Positions 33,836 to 44,296 of a stretch of DNA of 60,690 nucleotides are shown here, piece after piece. Position 1 is the stretch's first letter. Every line of letters starts with the position of its first letter. Below the pieces are notes generated by a model. That model made no database searches and was not told the DNA's origin. It saw nothing but the letters and a program-made list of their open reading frames with translations. This stretch comes from a virus (taxonomy: Duplodnaviria > Caudoviricetes), in IMG/VR virus record IMGVR_UViG_3300043676_000044, positions 1 through 60,690 of that record; one strand, 5' to 3'. Position numbers and translations under genes: made by a program.

Positions 33836-36784
33836 TCACGGGGTTGGGGGTGCGCGCAAGGTCGTGGGCAGGGGCGCCGGGGGAGCCGGCAAATACGCCT
33901 GCAGATCGGGGTGGGTGAGCGGGATCTCGACCGTCGTGACTTTGCCGGCCGCGAATGGAGTGCCGCCACCGAGTATGTTTTGGGCGCCGTGGGCCGCCTG
34001 CCAGACTTTGACCATGCAGCCGATAATATCGAGGCCAGACATATTGCGCTTGCGTGCCCACCGGACGAACGCCCCTTTGTCGATGCGCATCGCCTGGTTC
34101 TGCTCGCCGATGTGGATGACCACGCCGGGGCCGTTATTGCTGGGGGTGATAATAACCAGCGGCGCCTTACCGTATCCGGTCGCGGTGAAGTAGGACGTTA
34201 CTATTTTCTGGCTGCCGTGGTCAGTAATGAACTGCCCGAGGATCTGCGGCAGGTTATAGCCTGCCGCAGATGTTAGCACGGTCTGTTCGCGAGCTGCGCG
34301 CAACTCCAGAAAAGTCTTGCAGAGGAACTCCCGTAGTTCGGGCAGTGTAAACTCGACCAGCCCCAGCGATTTGGCGATCGAGGCCCCGGCGTAGATGCAG
34401 CCTATCCCGGCGATGTAGAGCCGCTCGTCGCGCCGGGCTTGCAGTTCGTCGGTGAACGCCTTCATGGCGTGCAGGATCACCGCCTCCGCGGTGGGGTAAT
34501 TCATCGCCAGCCATTTCGCGTAGACCCGCCCGGCCTGGCCGTAATTGGTGTCGGTTTTCGCGATGATTTTTGTGGCGCCCGTGTCGTTCGGCGGGTTGTC
34601 GCTGGGGATGGAATACTCGAACAGCCGCAAGGCGCCGGCCGAGGTGGCCTCGGTCTCGCTTATCACCGTGTCCATAAGAGGGCGATTGCCGGCGGTGCAA
34701 ACCATCGTCTGCCACTCGCCCGTCTCGCGCATCGTGCTGTCGGAGGTCAGTCGTGAGCGTTCCTTGCCCTGCGCCATCTGGAAAATCAGGCTCACGAAAT
34801 TCGCCGTGTTGGCCTGCCCCACCAGGGTCTCATCCCAATACACCGGCATCACCCGGCCTTCGCTCGCCTTGCGGGCGATCGAGTTGGCGGTGTCGTTGGT
34901 CGCGGTCATGATGCGCTTCTGCGCCCAGGCGGTCTGGCCTACCGTAATTGCCGCGGACTTGCCGACACCGCTGTCACGCGACCACGGCGATATCACCACG
35001 CCCGACTGCCCGGTGAGTTTCATCAGCGGCGCGCCGAACGCCACGGCCACGATCGCGGCCAAGGGCGGGCGGTCCTTGACCACGAGGTCGGCTGCCTGCT
35101 TCCACAATGCGAGGTCGCCGGTCGGCTGGTACATCGTGTGGATCTGGCGGTCGCCACCGGCCACACGCTCGACCGCGCCATTGGGGAGGTACAGCTCGCC
35201 GCCAACGGCGAAGCCGCCATGCCCACCCTTGCTCGTGTGCCAGCCATAGGGTGCTGCGACATCGGCGCGCAGGAGATACTGATCTCGCAATTCCTGTATC
35301 CAGGCCACGATAAAATCTCCGAATTTACCTTCCATCCCGCGCTCTACGGTCACATGCTGTTTGGCGAGCAAGCTCCGCATCGCGGCGTTATCCGCCGACA
35401 TCTGATAGTCGTACAACTGCACCGCGTAGTGGACGCGGGACCGGACATAGGTGAACGACAGCACGACCCCATCGGGGGTGCTGTCGAGGGCGCCCGAGTG
35501 GACATCCCCCTGCACCAGTTCGTCCCACATTGTGCCGCCGTCCTTGAGCTTTACCATGAACTCAATACGGCCGTTGTTGCGGCGGTAACCGCTCGGCAGG
35601 TCGCCGTCGTCCACGCCGTGATGCCAGGGCGAGTTGATCTTCCCCCAGCTCGGGCAACTCGGGCACACGCCGCGCCGCTCGGCATTGAACAGCCCGCAGC
35701 TCGGCGGGCCCTGCTGCTTCCTGTCGTGTTCCTTGGCGATATCCGCGACCGCCTTGTCGGTCTCGACGGCGGTGTAGCCGGGATGGCCGCTCGACATGCG
35801 ATGGACGTAGTCCGCACCGTCGACGCAGAAATGCGCCAGCGAGAGGTTCCCGAGATACCAGATCGTGCGCTTGTCGTTCTTGCCCGCTTCCATCAAGGAT
35901 ATACGGAGCTGCTCGCATTTCGGCACGATATTCATCATGTGGCGCGGGCGCCCGGTAGGCTGCACCCCGGCGGCAGCAGCAGCGGCCATGTTCACGCCGC
36001 TGGCCCGCGCATGTGCCAGCAGGGTGACCGAGGCGGTGCCCTGGAGCGCGTTGGAAGGTGCGATTACGGTAGTTACCGCTGCCGGGGAGAATTTCATGAG
36101 CGCAGTCAGCATCATGGAATTAACGATTTCCCCGGCGGAAAGCGCGTCGATCACCGCGACCAGTGCGGGCGTGCCCGCGACCTTGTGGTTGGCGGTCCCG
36201 GCGGGCCGCAATATCCTGGCGGCGTCGGCGATGACGGCTACGTCGCCGGTGAAGCCATGGGCCACCACGGCGCTCTTGAACCGCGCCGCGTAGGGGGTCC
36301 ACGACGCCACCGACATCGGGTTTTCCATGATCCAGTAGACGTGCAGCCCGTAGCCGGAACGCACGACCAGATTGGGCTTGGGCAGGCCCGACGCCTGATA
36401 GAACCCGGTGACCCACGCAAGGGCCGCAGCCTGGTCGGGGAAAACCTGGCTCGGGTCCTTCTTGTCGCCGTCACGCTTGCAGTCGAGGTCGAGCCAGAAC
36501 GACCGTAATTGATGGACGTTGGCGGTGTCCTTGGTGCCGCGGTATTTGGGGAACCCGAGTGCGTCGGTGCCATCGGGCTGGGCGGTCACGAAGCTCGCGT
36601 TGGAGTGGTAGACATCCCAGCCCTTGCGGGTGGCCCAGCGGGCGTAGCCGGCGGCATTCGCGACATCGTTGCGGGGGAACAGGCGCACAGAAAAACCGCC
36701 CGCCTTGTCGGGCGTGCGGTTCGTGGTGATCGCGAGGAAATTCCCTGGTGCGATAACGTAGTTTAGAAATTCTCCTGTATCCAT
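33836..36784 (-). CDS. Primase-helicase (N-terminal AEP-like primase + DUF927/P-loop domain)
   Basis: FWLDLDC, SGYGLHVYW, RILRPAGT, CPSC, SGVGKS, YWDE, NYGQAG motifs. Confidence 0.88.
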   Translation of the reverse strand: MDTGEFLNYVIAPGNFLAITTNRTPDKAGGFSVRLFPRNDVANAAGYARWATRKGWDVYHSNASFVTAQPDGTDALGFPKYRGTKDTANVHQLRSFWLDLDCKRDGDKKDPSQVFPDQAAALAWVTGFYQASGLPKPNLVVRSGYGLHVYWIMENPMSVASWTPYAARFKSAVVAHGFTGDVAVIADAARILRPAGTANHKVAGTPALVAVIDALSAGEIVNSMMLTALMKFSPAAVTTVIAPSNALQGTASVTLLAHARASGVNMAAAAAAGVQPTGRPRHMMNIVPKCEQLRISLMEAGKNDKRTIWYLGNLSLAHFCVDGADYVHRMSSGHPGYTAVETDKAVADIAKEHDRKQQGPPSCGLFNAERRGVCPSCPSWGKINSPWHHGVDDGDLPSGYRRNNGRIEFMVKLKDGGTMWDELVQGDVHSGALDSTPDGVVLSFTYVRSRVHYAVQLYDYQMSADNAAMRSLLAKQHVTVERGMEGKFGDFIVAWIQELRDQYLLRADVAAPYGWHTSKGGHGGFAVGGELYLPNGAVERVAGGDRQIHTMYQPTGDLALWKQAADLVVKDRPPLAAIVAVAFGAPLMKLTGQSGVVISPWSRDSGVGKSAAITVGQTAWAQKRIMTATNDTANSIARKASEGRVMPVYWDETLVGQANTANFVSLIFQMAQGKERSRLTSDSTMRETGEWQTMVCTAGNRPLMDTVISETEATSAGALRLFEYSIPSDNPPNDTGATKIIAKTDTNYGQAGRVYAKWLAMNYPTAEAVILHAMKAFTDELQARRDERLYIAGIGCIYAGASIAKSLGLVEFTLPELREFLCKTFLELRAAREQTVLTSAAGYNLPQILGQFITDHGSQKIVTSYFTATGYGKAPLVIITPSNNGPGVVIHIGEQNQAMRIDKGAFVRWARKRNMSGLDIIGCMVKVWQAAHGAQNILGGGTPFAAGKVTTVEIPLTHPDLQAYLPAPPAPLPTTLRAPPTP

Positions 36785-36838
36785 TGCCGTCTCCTGAAGA
36801 ATGGGGGCGCCCTCGCGAGCGCCCCGCTCGGCAAGGGA

Positions 36839-37921
36839 TCAGCCCGCCTGGGTGAGGCTTGGCGCTTTCAGCAATCCGGCGATGGCGTCCTCCATGTTCT
36901 TAGGCAGCGTCGGCAGGGCCGGGGCGACCGGCTGCTGCAGAGTTGCCGCAGCCTGTGGCTCCGGTGCCGCCACCGGGATCGTCGCCTTACCGAAGCCGCG
37001 CTTCTTGGCGGCGGGCGGCAGGCTTGCCGGGGGCGCGGGCGGCATTGGCGCCGGGGCCGGGGGTGGCGGTATCTCCACCGGCGGCGGGGGCGCGGGGGGC
37101 GGGGGCGCGGGCGGCTCAGTCGTAGCCGCACGGGTCTGGAACGCCGTCGGCAGCACACCCCCCGCCAGGGCGGCGGTCTCCGGTGCCGGGGCTTCCTGTG
37201 CCTCCTGCTCCAGCATGCGCGCGATCAGCGGGTCCTCGATGGCCTCGAGCACTTCCACCGCCTGCGCGTCGTCGAGCAGCTTGATGGCGGTGAAGGTGAT
37301 CAGCGGATAGGCAACGGAATAATCGAAGCCCAGCCGTGTCTCGACCATGTAGGGCTGATAGCCCAGACGGTTCAACTCGGCGCCATAGCGCGCGAGGTTG
37401 GTGAGGCTCATTGGCGGCACGCGCAGAAGCATCGGCCCGCCATAGCCCTCGTTGGTGATATCGCCCGACGGCACGACCGCGATGCGGCGCACGTCCTGGC
37501 AGGCTTTGGCCTTCTTGCCCGCCTCGGTCACGCGCGACCCCCACGCATTCTGCGGGCAGGCGGCACAGCTCGCGCACTGCTTTTTCGGGCTGGCCATGTC
37601 GGGGTGTATGCCGTCGATCGAGAAGCAGTCGGGCGCTTCGCTGTCGCCCTCGCTGTAACGCTTGTCGTACCAGCTCTTGGCGATGTGCGGCGCGATGCCG
37701 ACGATCACCACGTCAAGCGTCGGCAGGGGCGTGCCCCGCTCGTCGAACAGGATCTCCTCCTCGCCCCGGTGCTTGATGCGCCAGTTCTTTCCCTTGTAGC
37801 CGATAGCAGCGAACCCGGCGGTCAATCCTTCCTGTGCGGCCTTGGCCATGTCGGGAAGGTTGTTGCTGGTTTGGAACGCTGCGGCCAGGGTTCCTCCCTT
37901 GAAGGGAACTACATTATTCAT
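36839..37921 (-). CDS. Probable ssDNA-binding/annealing replication protein with Cys cluster
   Basis: PDCFSIDG, CASCAACPQNAWGS, KAC..RRIAV, LRVPPMSL; Pro-rich tail. Confidence 0.65.
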   Translation of the reverse strand: MNNVVPFKGGTLAAAFQTSNNLPDMAKAAQEGLTAGFAAIGYKGKNWRIKHRGEEEILFDERGTPLPTLDVVIVGIAPHIAKSWYDKRYSEGDSEAPDCFSIDGIHPDMASPKKQCASCAACPQNAWGSRVTEAGKKAKACQDVRRIAVVPSGDITNEGYGGPMLLRVPPMSLTNLARYGAELNRLGYQPYMVETRLGFDYSVAYPLITFTAIKLLDDAQAVEVLEAIEDPLIARMLEQEAQEAPAPETAALAGGVLPTAFQTRAATTEPPAPPPPAPPPPVEIPPPPAPAPMPPAPPASLPPAAKKRGFGKATIPVAAPEPQAAATLQQPVAPALPTLPKNMEDAIAGLLKAPSLTQAG

Positions 37922-37979
37922 CGTGCCTTAACCTCCTGGATACAAAAACGGTAATTGCTTGGGCTGTAGAAAGCAAGTT

Positions 37980-38405
37980 TCAGTCGGGCCTCCTCACGTT
38001 CACCCGCGTCATTCGGTCGATCTCAATCCCTGGTATGGCTGCCTGGGTATCCTCGACTATCTGTTGTGCCACGACCTTGGAGACCCGCGCCTCGAGCAGC
38101 TCCCACAAGCCGTTCTGCTGGATATGGGCCAGGGTGGCTGCCCAATCTTTTACCTTCACGCTTGCGTGTGTGGTTTTGTAGAAGCTGCCTGCATTAGTAC
38201 GCATCGCCTCGGTGTTGGTCTGCAGCAGCGCATCGAGCAGCATCGCCTCCAGCGCCGCCATCATGTCGTTATATGGTCCCAGCTGCTTGGCCTGGGCGTC
38301 CTTTATTTCAGCGATCTTGTCGCGCAGTGCGATGTAGTTCGAGACGATGGTATCGAGCGGCGAGGATGGTGCGGGTTGTTGTGCGATTACAGTAGTTGCT
38401 GACAT
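37980..38405 (-). CDS. Phage replication-module hypothetical protein
   Basis: YIALRDKI..RTNAGS..DW..LLEARVS..IPGI pattern. Confidence 0.7.
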   Translation of the reverse strand: MSATTVIAQQPAPSSPLDTIVSNYIALRDKIAEIKDAQAKQLGPYNDMMAALEAMLLDALLQTNTEAMRTNAGSFYKTTHASVKVKDWAATLAHIQQNGLWELLEARVSKVVAQQIVEDTQAAIPGIEIDRMTRVNVRRPD

Positions 38406-38416
38406 TTGCTATGCTT

Positions 38417-39982
38417 TCACAAACTAAGTTCCTGCTGGCGGAATAAGTCTAAAAGTAGGCCCTGGAGTTTTCCCTTGGTCTCCTGCCGGCGGTAGGTCTC
38501 GCGTTCCACGGCCGTGCCGCCCAGGTGGACGATGTAGGTCTTCTCCAGCTGGCCAGGGCGAACAATGCGGGCGTTGGCCTGCTCGTAGATCTCATAGCTC
38601 GGGGCCGGCGCGTACCACACGATCGTATTCGCGCGGGTCAGCGTGAGTCCATGCGCCATGCAGCCAGGGTGCGCCACGATCAGCTTGGGTTCGTCTTGCG
38701 TCTGGAACGAGGTGAAGATCCTGTCGCGCACCGTGCGCGACACGCTGCCATGGACCACGGAAGGCACATGTTTGTGCCGGGCCAGGTAGTCGGCCACCCC
38801 CGCGATCGCGTGCAGGAATGGCACAAAGACTATCACCTTGGCGTCGGTCTCCTCGACCACCTCCAGCAGCGCGCTGTGCCGCCCGCCCTGCGGCAGCTCG
38901 TAGACGGTGCCGTCATCGGCATAGATATAGCCGCACGCCACCTGCAGGAGTTTGGTCCGCAGCACCCCCTCGTTGACGGCGGTGATAGTTTTGCCCTGGT
39001 TCGTGCTCATGCGCATGTGGTCGTAAAGCAGCTTGTAGGCCCTGGTACCGTCGGGCGACAGCTCGACCTTGCGGTGGACGTAGGAGGTGGGCGGCAGCTC
39101 GGACACGTCGCTGCGCTGGAACCGCACGCTGGGCTGCATCTGCGCATGGACAGTGTCGTTGGCCTCGCGCTTGGGCACCCACTTGAACGTCGTGATCTTG
39201 TTCATGGTCTGGTCGCGGAACTGGCTCATACTACGCGCGGTGCGGGCGGGGGTCAGCAGCTTCATCTGTCCCCAGGCGTCGGTGGGGCTTGAGGGCGTAG
39301 GGGACCCGGTCAGGCCCCAGACATAGGGCACGCCCTGGATTACCGTATTTGCCGATTTCCACAGGTTGGTGGACTTGTTCCTGAACACCGACAATTCGTC
39401 GATGATGATCACGTCGAACTTCTTCGCCACCAGCTCGTCGCGCAGCAGCTGCAACCCATGATGGTTCACGATATAAAACGAGGCGTCGCGCTTGAGCCGC
39501 TCGCTGCGCTTCTCGCGCGCGGCGTGGTGCAGCACCACCATCTTGCGGTGGGGCATCAGCATGAACAGCTCGGCCTCCCAGACCGGCGTCAGCGTCGAGA
39601 GCGGCGCCACGATCAGCACCCGTCGCACCCCTGACGTGCGCATCAGGAAATCACAGGCGAACAGTGCCGCTGCGGTCTTGCCGGTGCCCATCGAGTTCAG
39701 CACGTAGGCACGTGGGTTCTCGACCAGCATGGCGGCAGTTATCTTCTGCACGTCCCATGGCTTGCGTCGTGAGGTGGCGGCGCACCAGTCATAGCCGGTG
39801 AAGATCGGCGAGGGGATCGCAACCCCCAGGTTGCGCGCGAGGCGCGCCTCCTCGCGGGCGTTGGGGAACACGAGGAACCGCTGCCCCTCGTGGTCGAACG
39901 GCGTGGCGTGCGGGATCAGCGCGGCAAGATCCTGCCGCCACGCGGTGACGATCTGACTACCGTCGTTTGAGATGTAGCTCAT
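38417..39982 (-). CDS. SNF2-family helicase
   Basis: MGTGKT, IIDE, LTGSP, HGLTLT, QANARIVRPGQ. Confidence 0.92.
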   Translation of the reverse strand: MSYISNDGSQIVTAWRQDLAALIPHATPFDHEGQRFLVFPNAREEARLARNLGVAIPSPIFTGYDWCAATSRRKPWDVQKITAAMLVENPRAYVLNSMGTGKTAAALFACDFLMRTSGVRRVLIVAPLSTLTPVWEAELFMLMPHRKMVVLHHAAREKRSERLKRDASFYIVNHHGLQLLRDELVAKKFDVIIIDELSVFRNKSTNLWKSANTVIQGVPYVWGLTGSPTPSSPTDAWGQMKLLTPARTARSMSQFRDQTMNKITTFKWVPKREANDTVHAQMQPSVRFQRSDVSELPPTSYVHRKVELSPDGTRAYKLLYDHMRMSTNQGKTITAVNEGVLRTKLLQVACGYIYADDGTVYELPQGGRHSALLEVVEETDAKVIVFVPFLHAIAGVADYLARHKHVPSVVHGSVSRTVRDRIFTSFQTQDEPKLIVAHPGCMAHGLTLTRANTIVWYAPAPSYEIYEQANARIVRPGQLEKTYIVHLGGTAVERETYRRQETKGKLQGLLLDLFRQQELSL

Positions 39983-40278
39983 AGGCTATCTACTTCCTTC
40001 AGCCACGAAGACAGTTCCAGCAGATCGTCGTCAGTAGCCACGAGGAACACGGTGATACCCGCCGCACGCATCGAGCTGATAGCGCCTTGCTGTCGCAGGG
40101 TAGGTTTCCCGCCGGGCTTCTTCGCCTCGATCGCGAACGCCTGCCCTTTGATAGCCCCGTAATAGTCGAGCGTCGCCGCCCCGTAGCCATGGCTTACGGG
40201 CATGTGAACATATAGACGCCCCTTGTATATGTCAAGTATCTCTCTAATCTTATTCTTGATACGCCCTTCGGGGGTCAT
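39979..40278 (-). CDS. VRR-NUC nuclease
   Basis: MTPEGRIK..GYG..LDY..FAIEAKKPGGKPTLRQ. Confidence 0.88.
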   Translation of the reverse strand: MTPEGRIKNKIREILDIYKGRLYVHMPVSHGYGAATLDYYGAIKGQAFAIEAKKPGGKPTLRQQGAISSMRAAGITVFLVATDDDLLELSSWLKEVDSL

Positions 40279-40301
40279 GTATTCTCCATTACTGTAGTTG
40301 G

Positions 40302-40553
40302 CTATACTTCCATACAGAGGTTGGCGATGAACTCCTCGGGCACGACCATGGGCACCGGCCCGGCCTCGGGGCACGGCAGCAGATTGCACGCCCAGTAGCG
40401 CCCGTCCTCGATGCGAAAGATCGCGATCGCCTCGTCCATCTCCAGGCCGAACTGGATTCCGACGCTGAACTTGTCCCGGATGCCGCGCGGCAACTGGCTG
40501 CGCACCATGTTCACCATGGCGTCCGACGCGCCCCAGGGGGACAGCGCGGGCAC
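40302..40553 (-). CDS. Hypothetical protein
   Basis: Fills the gap in the - strand operon; GTG start coupled to the upstream stop. Confidence 0.5.
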   Translation of the reverse strand: MPALSPWGASDAMVNMVRSQLPRGIRDKFSVGIQFGLEMDEAIAIFRIEDGRYWACNLLPCPEAGPVPMVVPEEFIANLCMEV

Positions 40554-41227
40554 TACCCGCCCCGGCCGTGGTATGGACAGGAAACCACTCCGCAAAAACG
40601 GCGGCAGAGTCCCGACGGTTGGGGCGGAAACTCCTGCATGGCCCTGGCTTTTTCCAAAGCGCGCACCCTCGGGAGGATGCCCGACCAGACCGGCGTTATG
40701 TCCGATCTTGTATATGCCTTGCCGTCCACGTAGTCGTAATTAACGAACGCCAGCGCGGCATGGACCGTCTGTACCTTGGGCATGTGGGCAAACAAGGTCA
40801 TGCTCATGAGCTGGAGCTGGGTCAGATCCTCGGTCACCTTGCCGGTCTTGTAGTCGAGCACGGTGGCCACCCCGTCGTCGCGTACCTTGGCGACATCGAG
40901 CACGGTGCGGAACCACACGTTCCCACCAAAGTATTCGCTGGGCTGGAACGTGCTGGTAAGCGCCAGCTTCTGCTCGGTATAGGTCGTGCCGTCCGCCGTC
41001 TGGATGTTCGCGAGCATCGGCTCGAACCGCGCCATGTTGGGCGGCAGCTCGATGTTCTTACTGACCCGGTTCTGGAACGCCTGGTGCAGCAGGTGCCCCT
41101 CGCGCAGCTGCGGACTCTCGGGCTCCTTCACGTCCTTGATCACGTCATAATGGTAATGCCGTTTTGGACACGTTTCGTAATTTTTGAGCGCGCTGTACGA
41201 CCAGGAGAAGGGTTTACTCATGCTCAC
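40553..41227 (-). CDS. Cas4-like PD-(D/E)XK exonuclease
   Basis: WSYSAL..CP, EQKL, LD..LDYKTGK, QL, LCRRFC..CPY. Confidence 0.88.
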   Translation of the reverse strand: MSMSKPFSWSYSALKNYETCPKRHYHYDVIKDVKEPESPQLREGHLLHQAFQNRVSKNIELPPNMARFEPMLANIQTADGTTYTEQKLALTSTFQPSEYFGGNVWFRTVLDVAKVRDDGVATVLDYKTGKVTEDLTQLQLMSMTLFAHMPKVQTVHAALAFVNYDYVDGKAYTRSDITPVWSGILPRVRALEKARAMQEFPPQPSGLCRRFCGVVSCPYHGRGG

Positions 41228-42125
41228 CTGCGGTAGTGGATGGGGGCACTATATAGTGTGTGCGACCCGGTGCCGCTTTAGCGCCACCCAGCACCTCGCT
41301 GGCGTGGATCATAATCACCTTCCCCGACCGCAACCGGCGGGCATGCGCCCGGCGGTCGTGCGGGATCGGGCTGGCATGAGTGCCGCCAAGGGCGGCATGG
41401 GCTTCCGCACGGTCACGCAGCGCGGTGACATAGGCCGTGCTCGGCGCAACCGTCGTGTAGGATGGTAGCGGCGGGCGCCCCATAAGCTTGCGGCGCTTGT
41501 TGACCGTGACCGTAGCGCCCCCCGGAATGCGCTTAGTATCAGACTGACGTAGTAGATCGAGGAACCCGTATACGCAGTCGAGGGTGTCGTTCATGTCTTC
41601 GATCGTGGTTTCTCTGCGATGCTCAAATGTCCCGGCCCGGCACCACAATTTCAGCTTTGGCGCGCCGTCGACAAGAGTAACCATGGTCAGGGACATAAGC
41701 GCCAGCCGGCGTTCACCGTTGTCTACGTGGATTTCACCGCGAAAATGCGCCACGGTAAGATCAGCCTTTAACGATACGTAAATAAGATCGGTGTCTGTCG
41801 TTTCGTTGGGGTGCAGCGCAATCAGGTAGTTTTGGTATGGATGCACGAGAGTGCCGTCCAATAGCTCGCCCAGCTCGGATTCGAGCCCCAGGCCGCGAGC
41901 GACATTTCTACCGATATCGAATACATGCCCCCGGAGGCAGCACGAGTCGACACAGTGCCATAGTCTGCTGACTAGCTCCCCATCATCGCCAGTGAGTTCT
42001 TCGGGCCAGTTAAGGCCGATAGTGTGAGTTTTGGTCGCGACCAGTAGAATTTCGTCGACGCTGCGAGCGCGCCGCCAGCGCGGTTCTCGATCGTTGTTGG
42101 TCGCGCGCTGTAGGGGGATTATCAT
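41214..42125 (-). CDS. Hypothetical protein, lower GC, with C-terminal HASPIPHDRRAHARR motif
   Basis: Open 303-aa frame between pol and nuclease; atypical codon use. Confidence 0.7.
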   Translation of the reverse strand: MIIPLQRATNNDREPRWRRARSVDEILLVATKTHTIGLNWPEELTGDDGELVSRLWHCVDSCCLRGHVFDIGRNVARGLGLESELGELLDGTLVHPYQNYLIALHPNETTDTDLIYVSLKADLTVAHFRGEIHVDNGERRLALMSLTMVTLVDGAPKLKLWCRAGTFEHRRETTIEDMNDTLDCVYGFLDLLRQSDTKRIPGGATVTVNKRRKLMGRPPLPSYTTVAPSTAYVTALRDRAEAHAALGGTHASPIPHDRRAHARRLRSGKVIMIHASEVLGGAKAAPGRTHYIVPPSTTAGEHE

Positions 42126-44011
42126 TGATTGACCTTATCCTCGGCCAGCTTGAGGCTGGAACCCCAGCCGCCCTCACTCGCGAGCGGCAGGCCCGGCGCC
42201 CAGACCGGCGCGCGGGCGAACTCGGCCTCCAGCAGCGCATCCATCGCTTCGGCCTCATCCTCGGGCACGCAGTAATCCAGGCTGTCATGCGTCGTCAGGA
42301 ATGGCACGGAGTCACTCGACGCCTTGACCCTGGTCATGATCTCAGTGATCACGATCCGTGCCAGGGCCTGGCAAAGATTTTCCGTGATCTTCCCCCCGAA
42401 CAGTTTGCGCGGCGTATCGTATGGGTCGTCATAGACCATCTCGGACCTGGTGTTTGTGATCACCTGCTTCCTGAGATTACGGTAGTTCAGGGGCAACCCA
42501 TTGGGAAGCCAAATCGCCTCGGGGGCGGTCTTTATGCAGTCCTTTATATAGGGTGTCGAAACGGAAGATCCAACCATCAGGCTGCGCGCGAGCTGGTCGC
42601 ACTTGTTCCAGAGCTGCGGGATCTCAGGGTAGCGGGCGCGGTAGAGGCTCACCAACGCCGCGGCTTCTTCGTCCGATACCTCGACGCTTATGCCGCCCTG
42701 GCCAATGAACAGGGTATGGCGCATGCGCTCGGCACCCATGCCATAGCCGCTACCAAGTATTACGGTCTTCCCTACGTGTCTGGCGAGCTTGTCGGCCCGG
42801 GTGATCGTCCGCGCATAAGCCTCGCTGGCAAACTCGGAGTAGATGTCCCGCCCCTGCCGGAACGCTTCCAGCAGGCTCTCGCAATCCGCTAGCCAGGCGT
42901 TCACCCGCGCCTCGATCTGCGAGCTGTCGCGGTGGACGATGCGGTAGCCCTCGGGCGCCTTGATCGCCTCGCGTATCCGCGATCCGCGCTTGAAGTTCTG
43001 CCAGTTAAACCCGTCGCTCCCCGAGAACCTGCCGGTATGCGCGCCGAAATACCGTAGTGGGACCGGCGCCCAGCCCTGACCAAGGTTGTCGGGCCAGTGC
43101 TTCAATGATAGCGCAAGCATTTTCTCAGTTCGGGTCTCCTCCTGCGTAGACTTGGACCCGACGCGCACCGCCAGCAAAGTTTGCACCTCCTCGGGCTGCT
43201 CCGGATCGGAGCAAAGCTCCTTGAAGGCGCGGTCGTTCTTCGCCAGCGCCCAGGTCTCCTCGCCGGTCGCCGGCGATACCTTGCGCGGCACCTCGACGCC
43301 GTGGCGCTCGAGCAGGGCGGCGAATTGCGGGTTGGAGCTGAACACGCAGGGATCGAGGTGGCCGACGCGCGCCAGCATCTGCGCCTTGCGCGCCCGGACC
43401 TCGGCGAGATGCTCGGCCAGCACATGCGGATCGAGCATGACTTGGGGGGCGCAGAACATGCGCACCGTCATGTCGATCACCGGCAGCTCGCTGGTGGGGA
43501 ACACCGTCATGAACCGGTCGAATATCATCCGGCACAGTTCATTGTCGTGCCTGCAGTAACTACGGTAAGCCATCAGTGCCTCGGGGTTAGCCTGGAAGTC
43601 GGCCAGCCCCCAGCCCTTGGCGCTGTGGACCTCCTGTCCCTTGGGGGGCAGGCCCAGATGCTCGGCGACCTTGGCCAGGCTCGACGAGCCTAGCTTGTGG
43701 TGGGTGAGCGCCCGCGCCATCGAGAACGTGTCGAGATACAAAGCTGGCTCGATGCCCAGGCGCCACGACATGATCCCCGCATCGAACACGCAGTTATGGG
43801 AGAGCATCGCGCTGTTGTCCCAGTCGATCCGCGACAGGCGCTCCCTGACGGCCTCGATGCCGACGAAGGTTTCGCTCGGCTGATGGTCCTCCTTCACCGC
43901 GGCCATGATCAGCTGGAAGCGCGGATCGAGGATGTAGTCGATCGTACTCATTCGGTTGAGCGTGTAGTCGCTGGCGTAGTAGCTCTCGAAGTCAATCGCA
44001 ACGATGCCCAT
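42122..44011 (-). CDS. Family A DNA polymerase with 3'-5' exonuclease
   Basis: IDFESY, HNCVFD, HTGRFSG, DSSQIEAR, GKTVILGSGYGMG, TTHDS. Confidence 0.95.
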   Translation of the reverse strand: MGIVAIDFESYYASDYTLNRMSTIDYILDPRFQLIMAAVKEDHQPSETFVGIEAVRERLSRIDWDNSAMLSHNCVFDAGIMSWRLGIEPALYLDTFSMARALTHHKLGSSSLAKVAEHLGLPPKGQEVHSAKGWGLADFQANPEALMAYRSYCRHDNELCRMIFDRFMTVFPTSELPVIDMTVRMFCAPQVMLDPHVLAEHLAEVRARKAQMLARVGHLDPCVFSSNPQFAALLERHGVEVPRKVSPATGEETWALAKNDRAFKELCSDPEQPEEVQTLLAVRVGSKSTQEETRTEKMLALSLKHWPDNLGQGWAPVPLRYFGAHTGRFSGSDGFNWQNFKRGSRIREAIKAPEGYRIVHRDSSQIEARVNAWLADCESLLEAFRQGRDIYSEFASEAYARTITRADKLARHVGKTVILGSGYGMGAERMRHTLFIGQGGISVEVSDEEAAALVSLYRARYPEIPQLWNKCDQLARSLMVGSSVSTPYIKDCIKTAPEAIWLPNGLPLNYRNLRKQVITNTRSEMVYDDPYDTPRKLFGGKITENLCQALARIVITEIMTRVKASSDSVPFLTTHDSLDYCVPEDEAEAMDALLEAEFARAPVWAPGLPLASEGGWGSSLKLAEDKVNQ

Positions 44012-44023
44012 GCTGATATTCTC

Positions 44024-44293
44024 TCAGCCCTCGACTATTTTAGGCGTGTAGCCGTAGTGCTGGCGGAACTCGGTCTGCACAATTTTGGCGATATCAGCGC
44101 CCGGCTTGACGGGGATAGTCCCGCCCCGTGTGCGTAAGCCGACAGCCACTTCCTCGTATTGCGATCCCTGGCCATTCCCCAGGTTCCACATCACGCACAG
44201 CAGACCATGGTGCGCGGTGTATTCAGTGCTGGTGTCGCCTTCCACGAGAGTCGCGTAGGCGCCACGCTCAGTTCGGACGATATGTGCGGTCAT
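44024..44293 (-). CDS. Hypothetical protein
   Basis: Tightly packed - strand ORF. Confidence 0.55.
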   Translation of the reverse strand: MTAHIVRTERGAYATLVEGDTSTEYTAHHGLLCVMWNLGNGQGSQYEEVAVGLRTRGGTIPVKPGADIAKIVQTEFRQHYGYTPKIVEG

Positions 44294-44296
44294 ATC

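Noticed and set aside
40553-41227. Cas4 as evidence of a CRISPR system
   Set aside because: A stand-alone Cas4-like nuclease is a normal part of this phage replication module
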